Shown here: one piece after another, positions 63,383 to 64,000 of the stretch
How the letters are laid out: each line of letters opens with the position of its first letter
Numbering within the stretch: the first letter of the stretch is position 1
NCBI GenBank assembly: GCA_050273025.1
Contig: CP158635.1
Span: forward strand, 18,476,001-18,540,000
Reading direction: 5' to 3'
DNA from: Cenococcum geophilum
Lineage: Eukaryota
Length of the DNA: 64,000 bases
The notes under the pieces: model-generated
What the model saw: the letters and a program-made list of their open reading frames with translations, nothing else
The model's database searches: none
What the model was told of the DNA's origin: nothing
Position numbers and translations under genes: made by a program

Positions 63383-64000
63383 CTAGTCTTCAAGCAGGAA
63401 TCGCAAGAATGCAGAAGAAACTGCCACGCCATCATGATGCTTCCCTGCCCTGGCCATCCCATCCTCGTACAATTCGTCGTTGAAGATGCCCTGAGCATGC
63501 CTTGTTTCTAACAGGTCTGTCATAATCTGTTGGTTAAATTCTGGATGCCCTTGGACTGTGATAATCCTCCCCTTTGCGTACATGCCTTGTACGCTGCAAC
63601 GGGGAGAAGCGCCTAGTTCTTCAACACCTTCGGGATATTCGTAGACGATATCTCTATGCATTTGGTGCAGGCTCTGCAAAAAGCTGGTCAGCATCCGCAG
63701 CGCTCGAATGGAGGATTGGCGACCTTACGAGGCTGTCCTGCTTGAATAAGTCCTTGCCTTTCGCTGTCAACTCCATTGGCGTGACGGATATTTCCCACCC
63801 GGCGTCACTCCTGTCAACTTTAACTCCCATTGCCCGGCCGACGATCTGATGCCCAAAGCAAGCGCCAATAATACGTATTCGATCCTGCTCAAGAATCTTC
63901 TTGGTGAAATCAACAAGCTTGAGAATCCATGGAATGTCTTCGAAAGAAGAATGCCCTGTAACGCAGAGTTAGAGATTGAACTTGATGATAGGATATTTGA
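63383..64000 (-). CDS. Class I glutamine amidotransferase-like protein, 5' part outside window
   Basis: IIGACFGHQIV (catalytic Cys), MHRD and VQGHPEF (His-x-Glu); introns near 63675-63727 and above 63957. Confidence 0.9.

Overview
Filamentous ascomycete DNA in two compartments. Bases 1 to about 47,000 are an AT-rich stack of nested transposons degraded by repeat-induced point mutation (RIP). They include a Tad1-like LINE, two complete copies of one chromodomain Ty3/gypsy family, a second gypsy family, solo LTRs, a self-priming TRIM and MITEs. They also include a large CACTA/Plavaka-like element that appears to carry two SNF2-like pseudogenes and 75-bp repeat arrays. Bases from about 47,000 to 64,000 have balanced GC and hold intron-containing genes: a B-box/GBP-like GTPase/RING/patatin protein, a DUF6594-type membrane protein and a divergently transcribed caspase-like protease. 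A LINE fragment follows, then Golgi apyrase (YND1) and a partial class I glutamine amidotransferase. The best candidate for an undescribed system is the three-gene protease, membrane protein and GTPase-patatin cluster, which may be a cell-death or allorecognition module. Domain calls come from motifs read by eye and no database search was run. Coordinates in RIP-degraded regions and exon boundaries are approximate.
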